Source: a virus (taxonomy: Duplodnaviria > Caudoviricetes). From it: 56,963 bases of DNA. How positions within the stretch are numbered: position 1 is the first letter of the stretch; every line of letters begins with the position of its first letter. Position numbers and translations under genes: made by a program. Of this stretch, positions 47,418 through 55,413 are shown piece after piece. Under the pieces are notes generated by a model, which had not been told where the DNA came from, searched no databases, and saw only the letters and a program-made list of their open reading frames with translations. The stretch spans positions 1 through 56,963 of the IMG/VR virus record IMGVR_UViG_3300030117_006614, one strand, 5' to 3'.

Positions 47418-48433
47418 GCTGTTACTCCTGCGGCATCGGTTGTTGCCAAAACAGTCAACGGACTATCAACCTCATTCCCCCAAACATGCCAGCCTTCACT
47501 ACGCTCTCGCGCAAACAACTCCAGTTTCAGTTGGTCTGGAAACATCTGTTCAATGCGTTCGCGCACTTCCCCAGGTTTTCGGCTGTGCTCTTGGCGTGCT
47601 GCCGATATAAATTGGCGCACGTTGCGGGCACCTCGGGGTTTTGGGATTTTACCCCGTTTGCCAATCAGACATAGTTCACATTGGCTCATGGTGTAGAAAC
47701 CGGGATTTACTTTCTGCTTATCCCACACGAAACCCACTGTAGCCCACTCAAAGCCCCAAGCTTTTAGCAACTCTATTCCTTGGTCTAAGTGGGGGCTTGT
47801 TACCCACATAAACAACAAACAATCTTGGGCAGCTAAAGAAGCTATATCCAACTTTTTTAGTTCTTTTAATGTCATGGTGGGGTAGTGTTTTTCTGCCCCT
47901 CCAGTTTCTTTGCCCCCCTTACCGTTGTGTTGTTTTTGGCCTTTGTAGTCCCACGGCGGGTCTACATACAGGATTTCAAACTTTGGGGTAAGAGGCAGGG
48001 GTATTTGTGTCCCTGCTGGCTTGGGACGCTTCGTACATACGACCCGCCAACCCCAAGTCCAATCCTCAGAGTCCACCTCTTCAACACGGGCAACCTTTGT
48101 TATGCCTGTACCCTTTTCCCCACTCCACCAGAAAACGGGCTTTCCAGCTTCAAGAGCCATATTAAGAATACGGGCTGTGGCTCTTCCAACCTTTTCTCCC
48201 GACGTAACGAAAACATCGTAAACAGGTTTCCCCGTAGTCAGGTTCTTTTTGTGGACTACGCCATGCTCCCAAGCATCCCAATCTCCCTTCCAGTTTGCAG
48301 CGTGGTCACTGCGACCTGTGCGTACACGTACAGTTCTATCTGAACGGGCTTGCAGGGTTTCTAAAAGCTGGTGAGCAGCTTCTTCGATTTCGGCAGGGGT
48401 TTCGTGGTATCCGTGTGCATAAAAAACTCGCAT
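47414..48433 (-). CDS. MT-A70-family N6-adenine methyltransferase fused to an N-terminal Rossmann-like domain
   Basis: C-terminal half: VDPPW, HYPTM, LFMWVT, WGF, HSRKP, LELFAR, WGNE. N-terminal ~135 aa: RVFYAH...GRATARILNMALEAGKPV. Confidence 0.85.
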   Translation of the reverse strand: MRVFYAHGYHETPAEIEEAAHQLLETLQARSDRTVRVRTGRSDHAANWKGDWDAWEHGVVHKKNLTTGKPVYDVFVTSGEKVGRATARILNMALEAGKPVFWWSGEKGTGITKVARVEEVDSEDWTWGWRVVCTKRPKPAGTQIPLPLTPKFEILYVDPPWDYKGQKQHNGKGGKETGGAEKHYPTMTLKELKKLDIASLAAQDCLLFMWVTSPHLDQGIELLKAWGFEWATVGFVWDKQKVNPGFYTMSQCELCLIGKRGKIPKPRGARNVRQFISAARQEHSRKPGEVRERIEQMFPDQLKLELFARERSEGWHVWGNEVDSPLTVLATTDAAGVTA

Positions 48434-50958
48434 TATACCTCCAACCAGTTCATGCCGACTTCTGCTTCGGCGGTGTAAGTTAAGAGAGGTTCCACACGAC
48501 GGCGGCGAGTCATGGCAGCTTCTAGTATTTCTGCCACACGTTCACCCTCACTCTCGGGCACCTCAAACAAGAGCGAGTCATGGCACTGGTTTACCAGACC
48601 CGTCTTTTTCTCAAAATCAAACTTAATAATCTCAGAAGAATCTCCGAGCGTAGAAGACGTACCCCAGCCGGGGTTTCCATCGACCAACTCCAGCATCGCC
48701 TCATGGATGACTGATGCCCCGCCCGCCTGGATTGGGTGGTTGACCAACTCGTTTATTTTTTCTTCATCCCGAAAGTCTCTACGTCTACCCCAAATGGCGT
48801 CAGCAATAAAACCCTCCCGCCTGTAGCGATTCCGAATCTCATTCCACCATTTAGGTATTTCAGGGTCAGCACGATTCAAACCATTTACAACGGCCCGAAT
48901 GTCCCTTGGAGTCATGTGGGCATAAATGAGACTACCCGCCTCGTCTTCGACGCTGATAACTTGTTCATGGATGGTCGGGACACTGGCGGCGTATTGCCAT
49001 GCGTATCGGACACTCTTGGTAACGCCTCGCGTAGCCTTGAAAGTGCCTTTGCCCTTTTTATGTCTTTCTTTTGGCGCTCCGTCAAGGCTCCATATTCCTT
49101 GTCCATATACAATCTCCATTGTCTCATTGTGGGGGTCTGCCCCAGTGTTGATGCTTTTGACCAAACGATCGGCCTTGGCTTCTTCTGCGATAAAACGTAA
49201 TTCTAGTTGGTCTGCATCTGCCCCAACGAAGACGTGACCCGGTTGAGGTATAAAAATGTCTCGTAAAAACCCAGGTATATTTTGGGCATTAGGAGCCGAC
49301 GAGGAATACCGGCCCGTTGCTGGTAGGCGGTTGTACGCGGGGTGTACTCGCCCATCGGAAAGTACTAGGTCAGTTTTGAAGGGCGTAATGTAAGTGCTCA
49401 AAAGCTTGGTGTACCTGCGGCACATTCTTACAGCCTGCAAGAACACGGCACGCTCTTCATCGAGATTGTATTTGGTAATCATCTTACGGAGCGTGTCATC
49501 GTCCGTACTCGGGTCACCTGTTTTCTCATTATATTTAACGGGGGCAAGTTTCCAGTCTTTGAAGATGAGTGCCCGTAGTTGGGTGGTGGAGTTTGGGTTG
49601 AAGTTTTCTGGCGCAAGGTCTGTTACAAGCTTGCGGTTCTCTCTCAGCTTTTCTTGAAACTGTACTTCGTGTTCATGCAACCGATTGAAGTCCACATACA
49701 TACCCAAAGACTGCATAGATGTTCCAATCTGCTGTAGCCGGTGCTCGCGTTGGAGTAGGTGCCACTGGTTACGGTCTTTGACACACTTGCCCAAAGGTCT
49801 GGATACTTTGGCTGTGACAGCACAGTCTTTTGCGCAGTATGTGTGCAACTCTAAATCACTACGGGCATCGACAGCGGTATGGTCTGCCTTCCATGCCTCA
49901 GTAAAATCAGAATAGAAGCTGGTAACGAAACCCAAGTTGTGTGGCATTTCATTATCGGAAAGTAAGTGCAGTAAAAGGGTATCGGCATCCAGGCGGGGTG
50001 TTACACCGAAAAACTTTTCACACACCAGGCGGTCATATTGTCCTGCATTGTGGCCCAAGAGTGGTAGGGGTGGGTTACCCAAAAACTCTCTGGTCATTTC
50101 TGAAACAATGTCTTCATCAGTCGCGGTGAAGAATCTTGTGGTCCCATCTATACTTAGAAACGGGACAATCATGCTGAAGCTGGTATTGGCGAAACCGACG
50201 CACCGTAGCTGGGCGTTGAGCGGATTCTTCGCGTCTGTCTCAACGTCGTATGCTATGGGCTTGCCCATTTCTACAAGGCGTTTGAAGCCTGCAGAAACTT
50301 CTTGGGGCGTAGTGGGGAAAAACAACTCGGGGTCTTTCCAATCTAGTTTTCCCTCAAAAAAGCGTAGGGCTTTTCCTATGTCCCGCTGAAACACTGGTCG
50401 CCACTTCGGAGAGCGTAGAACAAAAGACGGGTCGAGCGTATAAGAAACTCTGGCTTTCCCCCAAGGCAAATCCAACTCTTCGCAGGCTCCGCGCATACTG
50501 GTGATGGAAGCATTACCCCCACGAAGGGTACGCATAGCTTCTGCACCAAGACAAATAATGTATTTACAACCTTCTATTTCTCGGAGCAATCTCCCTCTAC
50601 AAGCAACAGCCGGTGTAAGTAAAAGCGGTTTCTTCTCTTTTCTGAGAACCTTGTTTGCCCGCGAGTGTTTCACCATAAATGTGTCGAGCCTATTTTGTGG
50701 GGGCCGACACGAGATAGCGTAGGTGATGAGGCAGTCTTCTCGGACAATCCCCACTTCGTTGAGTGCAAGTTGAATCTCTTGGCCAGCGGGACCGACAAAG
50801 GGCCTACCCTCAAACTCTTCGTGAGTACCAGGCGTGTCGCCTATGATGGCGATGCGGTCACTAGAATGTGTCTCAGCCAACACAGGCGTAAACTTATCCT
50901 CAGTCCGCCAATGTTTTCCGAGTGAACACAGTTCACACTTTGCGCCTTCGATATTCAC
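48433..50958 (-). CDS. polA: Family A DNA polymerase with N-terminal uracil-DNA-glycosylase-like domain and 3'-5' exonuclease
   Basis: UDG4-like CELC...GDTPG...GRPFVGPAG...CRPP. Exonuclease YDVET, HNAGQYD, YCAKD. Polymerase TGRYSS..PNAQN, DADQLELR, RGVTKSVRYAWQY, NHPIQ, HDS. Likely GTG start at 50958. Confidence 0.93.
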   Translation of the reverse strand: MNIEGAKCELCSLGKHWRTEDKFTPVLAETHSSDRIAIIGDTPGTHEEFEGRPFVGPAGQEIQLALNEVGIVREDCLITYAISCRPPQNRLDTFMVKHSRANKVLRKEKKPLLLTPAVACRGRLLREIEGCKYIICLGAEAMRTLRGGNASITSMRGACEELDLPWGKARVSYTLDPSFVLRSPKWRPVFQRDIGKALRFFEGKLDWKDPELFFPTTPQEVSAGFKRLVEMGKPIAYDVETDAKNPLNAQLRCVGFANTSFSMIVPFLSIDGTTRFFTATDEDIVSEMTREFLGNPPLPLLGHNAGQYDRLVCEKFFGVTPRLDADTLLLHLLSDNEMPHNLGFVTSFYSDFTEAWKADHTAVDARSDLELHTYCAKDCAVTAKVSRPLGKCVKDRNQWHLLQREHRLQQIGTSMQSLGMYVDFNRLHEHEVQFQEKLRENRKLVTDLAPENFNPNSTTQLRALIFKDWKLAPVKYNEKTGDPSTDDDTLRKMITKYNLDEERAVFLQAVRMCRRYTKLLSTYITPFKTDLVLSDGRVHPAYNRLPATGRYSSSAPNAQNIPGFLRDIFIPQPGHVFVGADADQLELRFIAEEAKADRLVKSINTGADPHNETMEIVYGQGIWSLDGAPKERHKKGKGTFKATRGVTKSVRYAWQYAASVPTIHEQVISVEDEAGSLIYAHMTPRDIRAVVNGLNRADPEIPKWWNEIRNRYRREGFIADAIWGRRRDFRDEEKINELVNHPIQAGGASVIHEAMLELVDGNPGWGTSSTLGDSSEIIKFDFEKKTGLVNQCHDSLLFEVPESEGERVAEILEAAMTRRRRVEPLLTYTAEAEVGMNWLEV

Positions 50959-51089
50959 CGAGCACCCCAAAAGAAGAAAAAAGAAGCAGACTATGTCCCG
51001 GCCTGCCAGCGGTGGTGCGGAGTAAAAGAAAGAAAACCGCACGGTATACAGGAAACACGGTGAAAGCGTGCAACCCGATAGGCTACTAA

Positions 51090-51614
51090 CTAGTCAGCAA
51101 GAAAGTCAAAATCCTCGACAGCCTTAGTTTCAGCGGCTTGAGAGACAGGCTTCCCGGCGCCGTTACTCGTTTCCACTTCAACATCTTGGGGCGTGAGGTT
51201 GGCGACTTCTTGCATCTGCGTGTAGCGGCCCTTCCCATAAAAAGTGTATTTCGGGTAAGAGCCCATGACGGCCTTACCAGTGCTATCCATTTCGGGCGGA
51301 ACGTAGTTAAAGTAGACTGTCTTTCCAGCCAACTTCTCGAAAGGAATCTTACTCTTTCCAGTAAGCTTCGACTCGGGCACACCTGCGGAAAGCAGGAACG
51401 CTTTGACGAAAGGCATTGAAGCTGCGGAGGACGTGTTGAAAGAATCCTTGTGGCGAACGCCATCAGTCATCATGTACACGTACAAACGGCCAGAGTCGTC
51501 AAAGTAACTAAACTCCACAATCTGTGCTGTGTGCAGCCCAGCTTTGAGGTAGCCAATGCCACCGGTAGCGGCGCTAACGCCTGTAAAATCAAGTTCGATA
51601 TTGAGTTTTTCCAT
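51090..51614 (-). CDS. Putative single-stranded DNA-binding protein
   Basis: LDFTGV...LKAGLHTAQI OB-fold-like N-terminus, acidic/aromatic C-tail EDFDFLAD, next to the Sak4-like ATPase. Confidence 0.7.
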   Translation of the reverse strand: MEKLNIELDFTGVSAATGGIGYLKAGLHTAQIVEFSYFDDSGRLYVYMMTDGVRHKDSFNTSSAASMPFVKAFLLSAGVPESKLTGKSKIPFEKLAGKTVYFNYVPPEMDSTGKAVMGSYPKYTFYGKGRYTQMQEVANLTPQDVEVETSNGAGKPVSQAAETKAVEDFDFLAD

Positions 51615-51620
51615 TGTATA

Positions 51621-52508
51621 TCACCATACGTCTTGGGTTGAATCAACGAACATTTCGTCGATGAGGTTATCGCGGGAATTCCGAATCACTGCCCTATGCA
51701 GCGCATCTTGCAGAACCCAGCGGATATGCTTTGTATCTTTCTTGCCTTCGAGTTTCTTGGCGGCAGCTTTAAGTGTTTCTCTCCACTCTTCGATGCCCTC
51801 TGCCAATACACTCACGGCTAAACTTTCTGCGGTTTTCTCCATCCACTCCATCCCCTTCGGGCGGGAGACTTCGTACCCAGCAGCGCGGAGCGCCTCCCCA
51901 AGATTCATCGGGGCAGGGTCAGGGAAAATACTCAACCGGTCACCACGGATATTTTCTTTGTCGGGGCCGGTACGGAGAACATATTTCCAGGGGGCAGCAG
52001 TCTCATCGTACTCAACTTGAGCGACTACATCTGCAAAGGCTGAAAACTGTTCGGGCAGTTGGCCTGGAAGCTTGGGCCCACCACGTACATACTTACCAGA
52101 AGAAACTCGGGCGGGGGTGTAGTGGCAGTTAAATATAACGTGCGTACCTTTCTCATTCGCATACCGGGCAGCGTCACGGACAAAGAAAACATCTGACCTA
52201 AGCTGGCGCCACATATCACCAAAGCTGTGGGTTTTTTCTAGTTCACCAATCGTGACTTCCGCAAGTAGGGAAAAGTCATCGACAACGATGGTCGGGTATT
52301 TCTCACAGTTCTGCTCAATAATGACTGCAGCTTCTTTGAGAGTCTTAGCCGAGCGTACTTCAATGTTCTCGATGCCCAGGTAGTTTTTTAGTGGGAGCAA
52401 CCCACCACCTTGGGCAATAAAGAGGCCAGCCGAGCCAGCGGCGCCGGTAGCGGTACTCTTACCAGTTTTAGACGGGCCGTAGATTACGGCAAAGATTCCT
52501 TTTTTCAT
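51621..52508 (-). CDS. Sak4-like (AAA_24) ATPase / annealing protein
   Basis: IYGPSKTGKS, TIVVDDFS, VIFNCH, GPKLPG, ADVV. Confidence 0.8.
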   Translation of the reverse strand: MKKGIFAVIYGPSKTGKSTATGAAGSAGLFIAQGGGLLPLKNYLGIENIEVRSAKTLKEAAVIIEQNCEKYPTIVVDDFSLLAEVTIGELEKTHSFGDMWRQLRSDVFFVRDAARYANEKGTHVIFNCHYTPARVSSGKYVRGGPKLPGQLPEQFSAFADVVAQVEYDETAAPWKYVLRTGPDKENIRGDRLSIFPDPAPMNLGEALRAAGYEVSRPKGMEWMEKTAESLAVSVLAEGIEEWRETLKAAAKKLEGKKDTKHIRWVLQDALHRAVIRNSRDNLIDEMFVDSTQDVW

Positions 52509-52756
52509 GCTTTCCCTGTTTCGTTGTACTTTTTTCGGTTGTCTTGTGCATCCACTACTTGAGTGTTGTCGTCGCCGTTGCCGCCACCCTGAGACAGAGG
52601 CTTGATGTGGTGAACGTGCTTCCCGTCACCCTTCTTCACTTTGCCTTCTTTTTCTTTTTTTCTACGAGCCTTGTTCCGCAGCACACGGAGGTTCACTGTC
52701 TTTTGGTTGTACTTTTTCATGTACTTGTTCTTGTCTTTTAGAAACTTAAACGGCAT
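52505..52756 (-). CDS. HNH endonuclease
   Basis: RNKARR...GDGKHVHHIKPLSQGGGN..DNTQVV...NR; likely start ATG 52756. Confidence 0.8.
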   Translation of the reverse strand: MPFKFLKDKNKYMKKYNQKTVNLRVLRNKARRKKEKEGKVKKGDGKHVHHIKPLSQGGGNGDDNTQVVDAQDNRKKYNETGKA

Positions 52757-53675
52757 CTTCTTTTCCCCATTGGCATAGTTCGAAAGCATCACACTTTCCG
52801 TATTTACCCCAGCACGTCTGGTCACTATAAACAGCGGGCCATTCCTGCGGGGGCTTACCTTCAAACATATCAACCATCTGCTCTTGCAGGGCTAGGTTTT
52901 TAGCAAACCTCTTCACAGCATCGGGGGCAGGCTCCAACGTTGTCCGGTCAAAGCCGAAAGGCTCGGACAGCTTCACTCGGTTTACGATTAGGCCACCAAA
53001 GTTTTTCCCCCACAGCTTTTTACCAAAAATGTAATACCCGAGAAACTGACCCGAAAGAATGTGTTGGCGCAAAGTTTTGCTTTCGATGCGGTAGCAAGAT
53101 TTGTGGTCAACAATCCAGTATTTTCCTGTCCCATCCTGAACAGCTAAATCTGCGCGTTGGGTAAACAAGAATGTCCCATCACCAGAAACCTTGGGTATCC
53201 GCGCCCGCAACTCTTCCTCCACCATCACGGGCTTCCAGTCACAGTGCCGCCACCGGTTTTCATAGGCACGCAGAGCAAGAATAATGTTTGGGACACTCAC
53301 TCTCCACAGTGCAGCTTCGTGTGCAGTGCCAGCCTTTTCAGCTTCAATCCCTGAGAGCGCGCGCACAGAATCTTCTACTGTCATGTAGGCTTCAGGGTCG
53401 CCGCCATAATTTTCAGTACGTTGTCTTGCGTATAGGTGTGCCAATCCAATGTGTAGGAGGCTCCCCTTTACTAAGGGTTCTGAACTTTTCCAAGTCAGGG
53501 CTCCACTCTCACGCCACGCAAATAAACGAAGACAACGGGAGGCACCTTCGATGCGATGCCAACCACGTTCGGATGGCCCAGCATTTAATAGAATTGGTCC
53601 GGTGCTACAGGTGTGGTCCGCCGTCAAATGGTGGGATGCTCCACAGTGTACGCAGATTGCACAATCGTTAGACAT
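52746..53675 (-). CDS. Cas4-like PD-(D/E)XK exonuclease
   Basis: RCLR, GSLLH, EEE, RADL, IVDHKS, QFLGY, C-terminal CWGKYGKCDAFELC; extra N-terminal Cys/His cluster. Confidence 0.85.
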   Translation of the reverse strand: MSNDCAICVHCGASHHLTADHTCSTGPILLNAGPSERGWHRIEGASRCLRLFAWRESGALTWKSSEPLVKGSLLHIGLAHLYARQRTENYGGDPEAYMTVEDSVRALSGIEAEKAGTAHEAALWRVSVPNIILALRAYENRWRHCDWKPVMVEEELRARIPKVSGDGTFLFTQRADLAVQDGTGKYWIVDHKSCYRIESKTLRQHILSGQFLGYYIFGKKLWGKNFGGLIVNRVKLSEPFGFDRTTLEPAPDAVKRFAKNLALQEQMVDMFEGKPPQEWPAVYSDQTCWGKYGKCDAFELCQWGKEDAV

Positions 53676-53773
53676 TTTTTTCCTTTTTTAAATGAGGCAT
53701 CTATAGCGACCGCCGACATGCCTTCCTGCTCGACTAGAGAGGGGCCCTATGGGGATAGGGTTGGTCAATAAGT

Positions 53774-53802
53774 ATTCTATCAACCTGTATAACAGGTGTC
53801 AA
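53774..53802 (-). promoter_or_regulatory. Near-consensus sigma70 promoter with palindromic spacer
   Basis: Minus strand TTGACA-17 nt-TAGAAT. Spacer region contains the palindrome ACCTGT-ATA-ACAGGT (53783-53797). Confidence 0.8.
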
Positions 53803-55399
53803 GGGGTCGTGTTGGAAAAAGTGAAGATACCCTGTCCAGCAGGTCTTCTTCGCTACCCGAAAAGGCACCTTCAACCTCCCTTATCACCTCATCCTCTGCC
53901 ACCTCACCAACTGCAGGAAGTTTGTCCATTAGCAACTCGGCAACATGTTCATCAACTGTTCCCGCTGCAATAATATATGAAATCAAAACAGGGCGCTTCT
54001 GCCCCAGTCGGGCAAACCTACCTTCCCACTGGCCGATGGAGCGGGGGGTCCACGGAAGCATCACAAATAGGGCAAGGTCCGTATCCTGCAAGTTTACTGA
54101 CTCGCCCCAGGCGTCACCCGTCCCAACGAGCACGCCGTACTCGCAGGCCATGTATTCATGCCGGATGGTATCCCGCGCATCGGCAGACGTACCACCATGA
54201 GAACACCAAACGGGCACATCAGAATGAAGCTTTTTTATAATGTCAGCACCAAGCCGTTCACAATCTTTTCTACGCCCAGTAAAAACAACTACCTTTTGTT
54301 TAGACATTATTGCAGTCTGTACCCGGTCTATCACATACTTCCGTTTACGCGAAGCTGCCTCTTGGAGCATGACTTCGAACATGTTCTCTTTGTCTCGGGT
54401 TTTTCCCGCACGTTGAATATCTTGCCGAAAACTCGACGGAGCATTCTGCTCTTCCAAATCTAAGTATACGACCTGTCTACGTTTTTCTGGTAGGGCAGCG
54501 TTCAATGCTTGTTGGGTTGTCTTGTGCTTTGACCACTTCAACCGGGTCTGCAATTCTTCTTTGTTTGTAAGCCCATCGTACTTCCAACCATAAGTGTCTT
54601 TGTACCCGCCGCAGTGTCGAACACCAAAATCGTGGAAACTCCCCCACTGCCAAGGTTCTACCAAATCTAACTGTGCCCACAAATCGCGCGGACGATTCGG
54701 AATGGGTGTAGCTGTAAGGCCCAACCTTCTCTTTGCACTTTGGGCAATACGAAACGCAGCCGCAGCCGTGTTGGGTAAGTCTTCCCACTTTGTTGAACCG
54801 TTGGGCAGAATGACGCCCTTCACCCGCTTATGGTTCTTTGCCCAATGAACCTCATCCATTATCAAAGAACTTATTTTCATGCGCAGCAGAGCGTCTTTCC
54901 AGTAGGTGAGAGTTTCCCAACCCGTAATATAAATACAATCTTTTTTGGGCTGAAAGGGGCGAGCGTCCTGACCCTGCAGAATAACGGGCTGAAAGCTTGT
55001 GTACTTCCGTATCTCTTCCTTCCACGTACCTCGGGCAGCAGCCTTGGTGATGACCACCTTGGCGCCCGAATCTGCAGAAGCCCACAAGATACCGACTAAG
55101 GTTTTTCCAGAGCCAGGGGGAGCCCAACCACTGAACCCCGTTCGAGGTAAGGCTTTTTCAAGTATCTTCTGTTGGTGTTCCATCAGAAAACCGCGCACCC
55201 AATCGTGTACGTGTTCTTGGTGCAAGACTCGACGCAGCATTTCTGCGCCAGAGTTGGGGTAGGGATTTTCCATACCCATAAGCGGCAGAGCGTTCATGGG
55301 TACGCGGAACCCATTGTTTCTTTTATTCTGGCGGACGCCTGGTACTTCCCACATATGCGGGGGCACGTCATCCAACCACCTTAATAGTGGTATCAGCAT
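53780..55399 (-). CDS. SNF2-family SF2 helicase
   Basis: PGSGKT, MDEVH, LTATPIPN, KVVVF, GESVNLQ, QWEGRFARLGQ. Confidence 0.92.
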   Translation of the reverse strand: MLIPLLRWLDDVPPHMWEVPGVRQNKRNNGFRVPMNALPLMGMENPYPNSGAEMLRRVLHQEHVHDWVRGFLMEHQQKILEKALPRTGFSGWAPPGSGKTLVGILWASADSGAKVVITKAAARGTWKEEIRKYTSFQPVILQGQDARPFQPKKDCIYITGWETLTYWKDALLRMKISSLIMDEVHWAKNHKRVKGVILPNGSTKWEDLPNTAAAAFRIAQSAKRRLGLTATPIPNRPRDLWAQLDLVEPWQWGSFHDFGVRHCGGYKDTYGWKYDGLTNKEELQTRLKWSKHKTTQQALNAALPEKRRQVVYLDLEEQNAPSSFRQDIQRAGKTRDKENMFEVMLQEAASRKRKYVIDRVQTAIMSKQKVVVFTGRRKDCERLGADIIKKLHSDVPVWCSHGGTSADARDTIRHEYMACEYGVLVGTGDAWGESVNLQDTDLALFVMLPWTPRSIGQWEGRFARLGQKRPVLISYIIAAGTVDEHVAELLMDKLPAVGEVAEDEVIREVEGAFSGSEEDLLDRVSSLFPTRPLDTCYTG

Positions 55400-55413
55400 G
55401 TTTCTTCCTTTTT

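Noticed and set aside
52746-53675. Cas4 as part of a CRISPR-Cas system
   Set aside because: No cas1/cas2 or array. The context (Sak4-like, SSB, PolA) is a standard phage recombination module.
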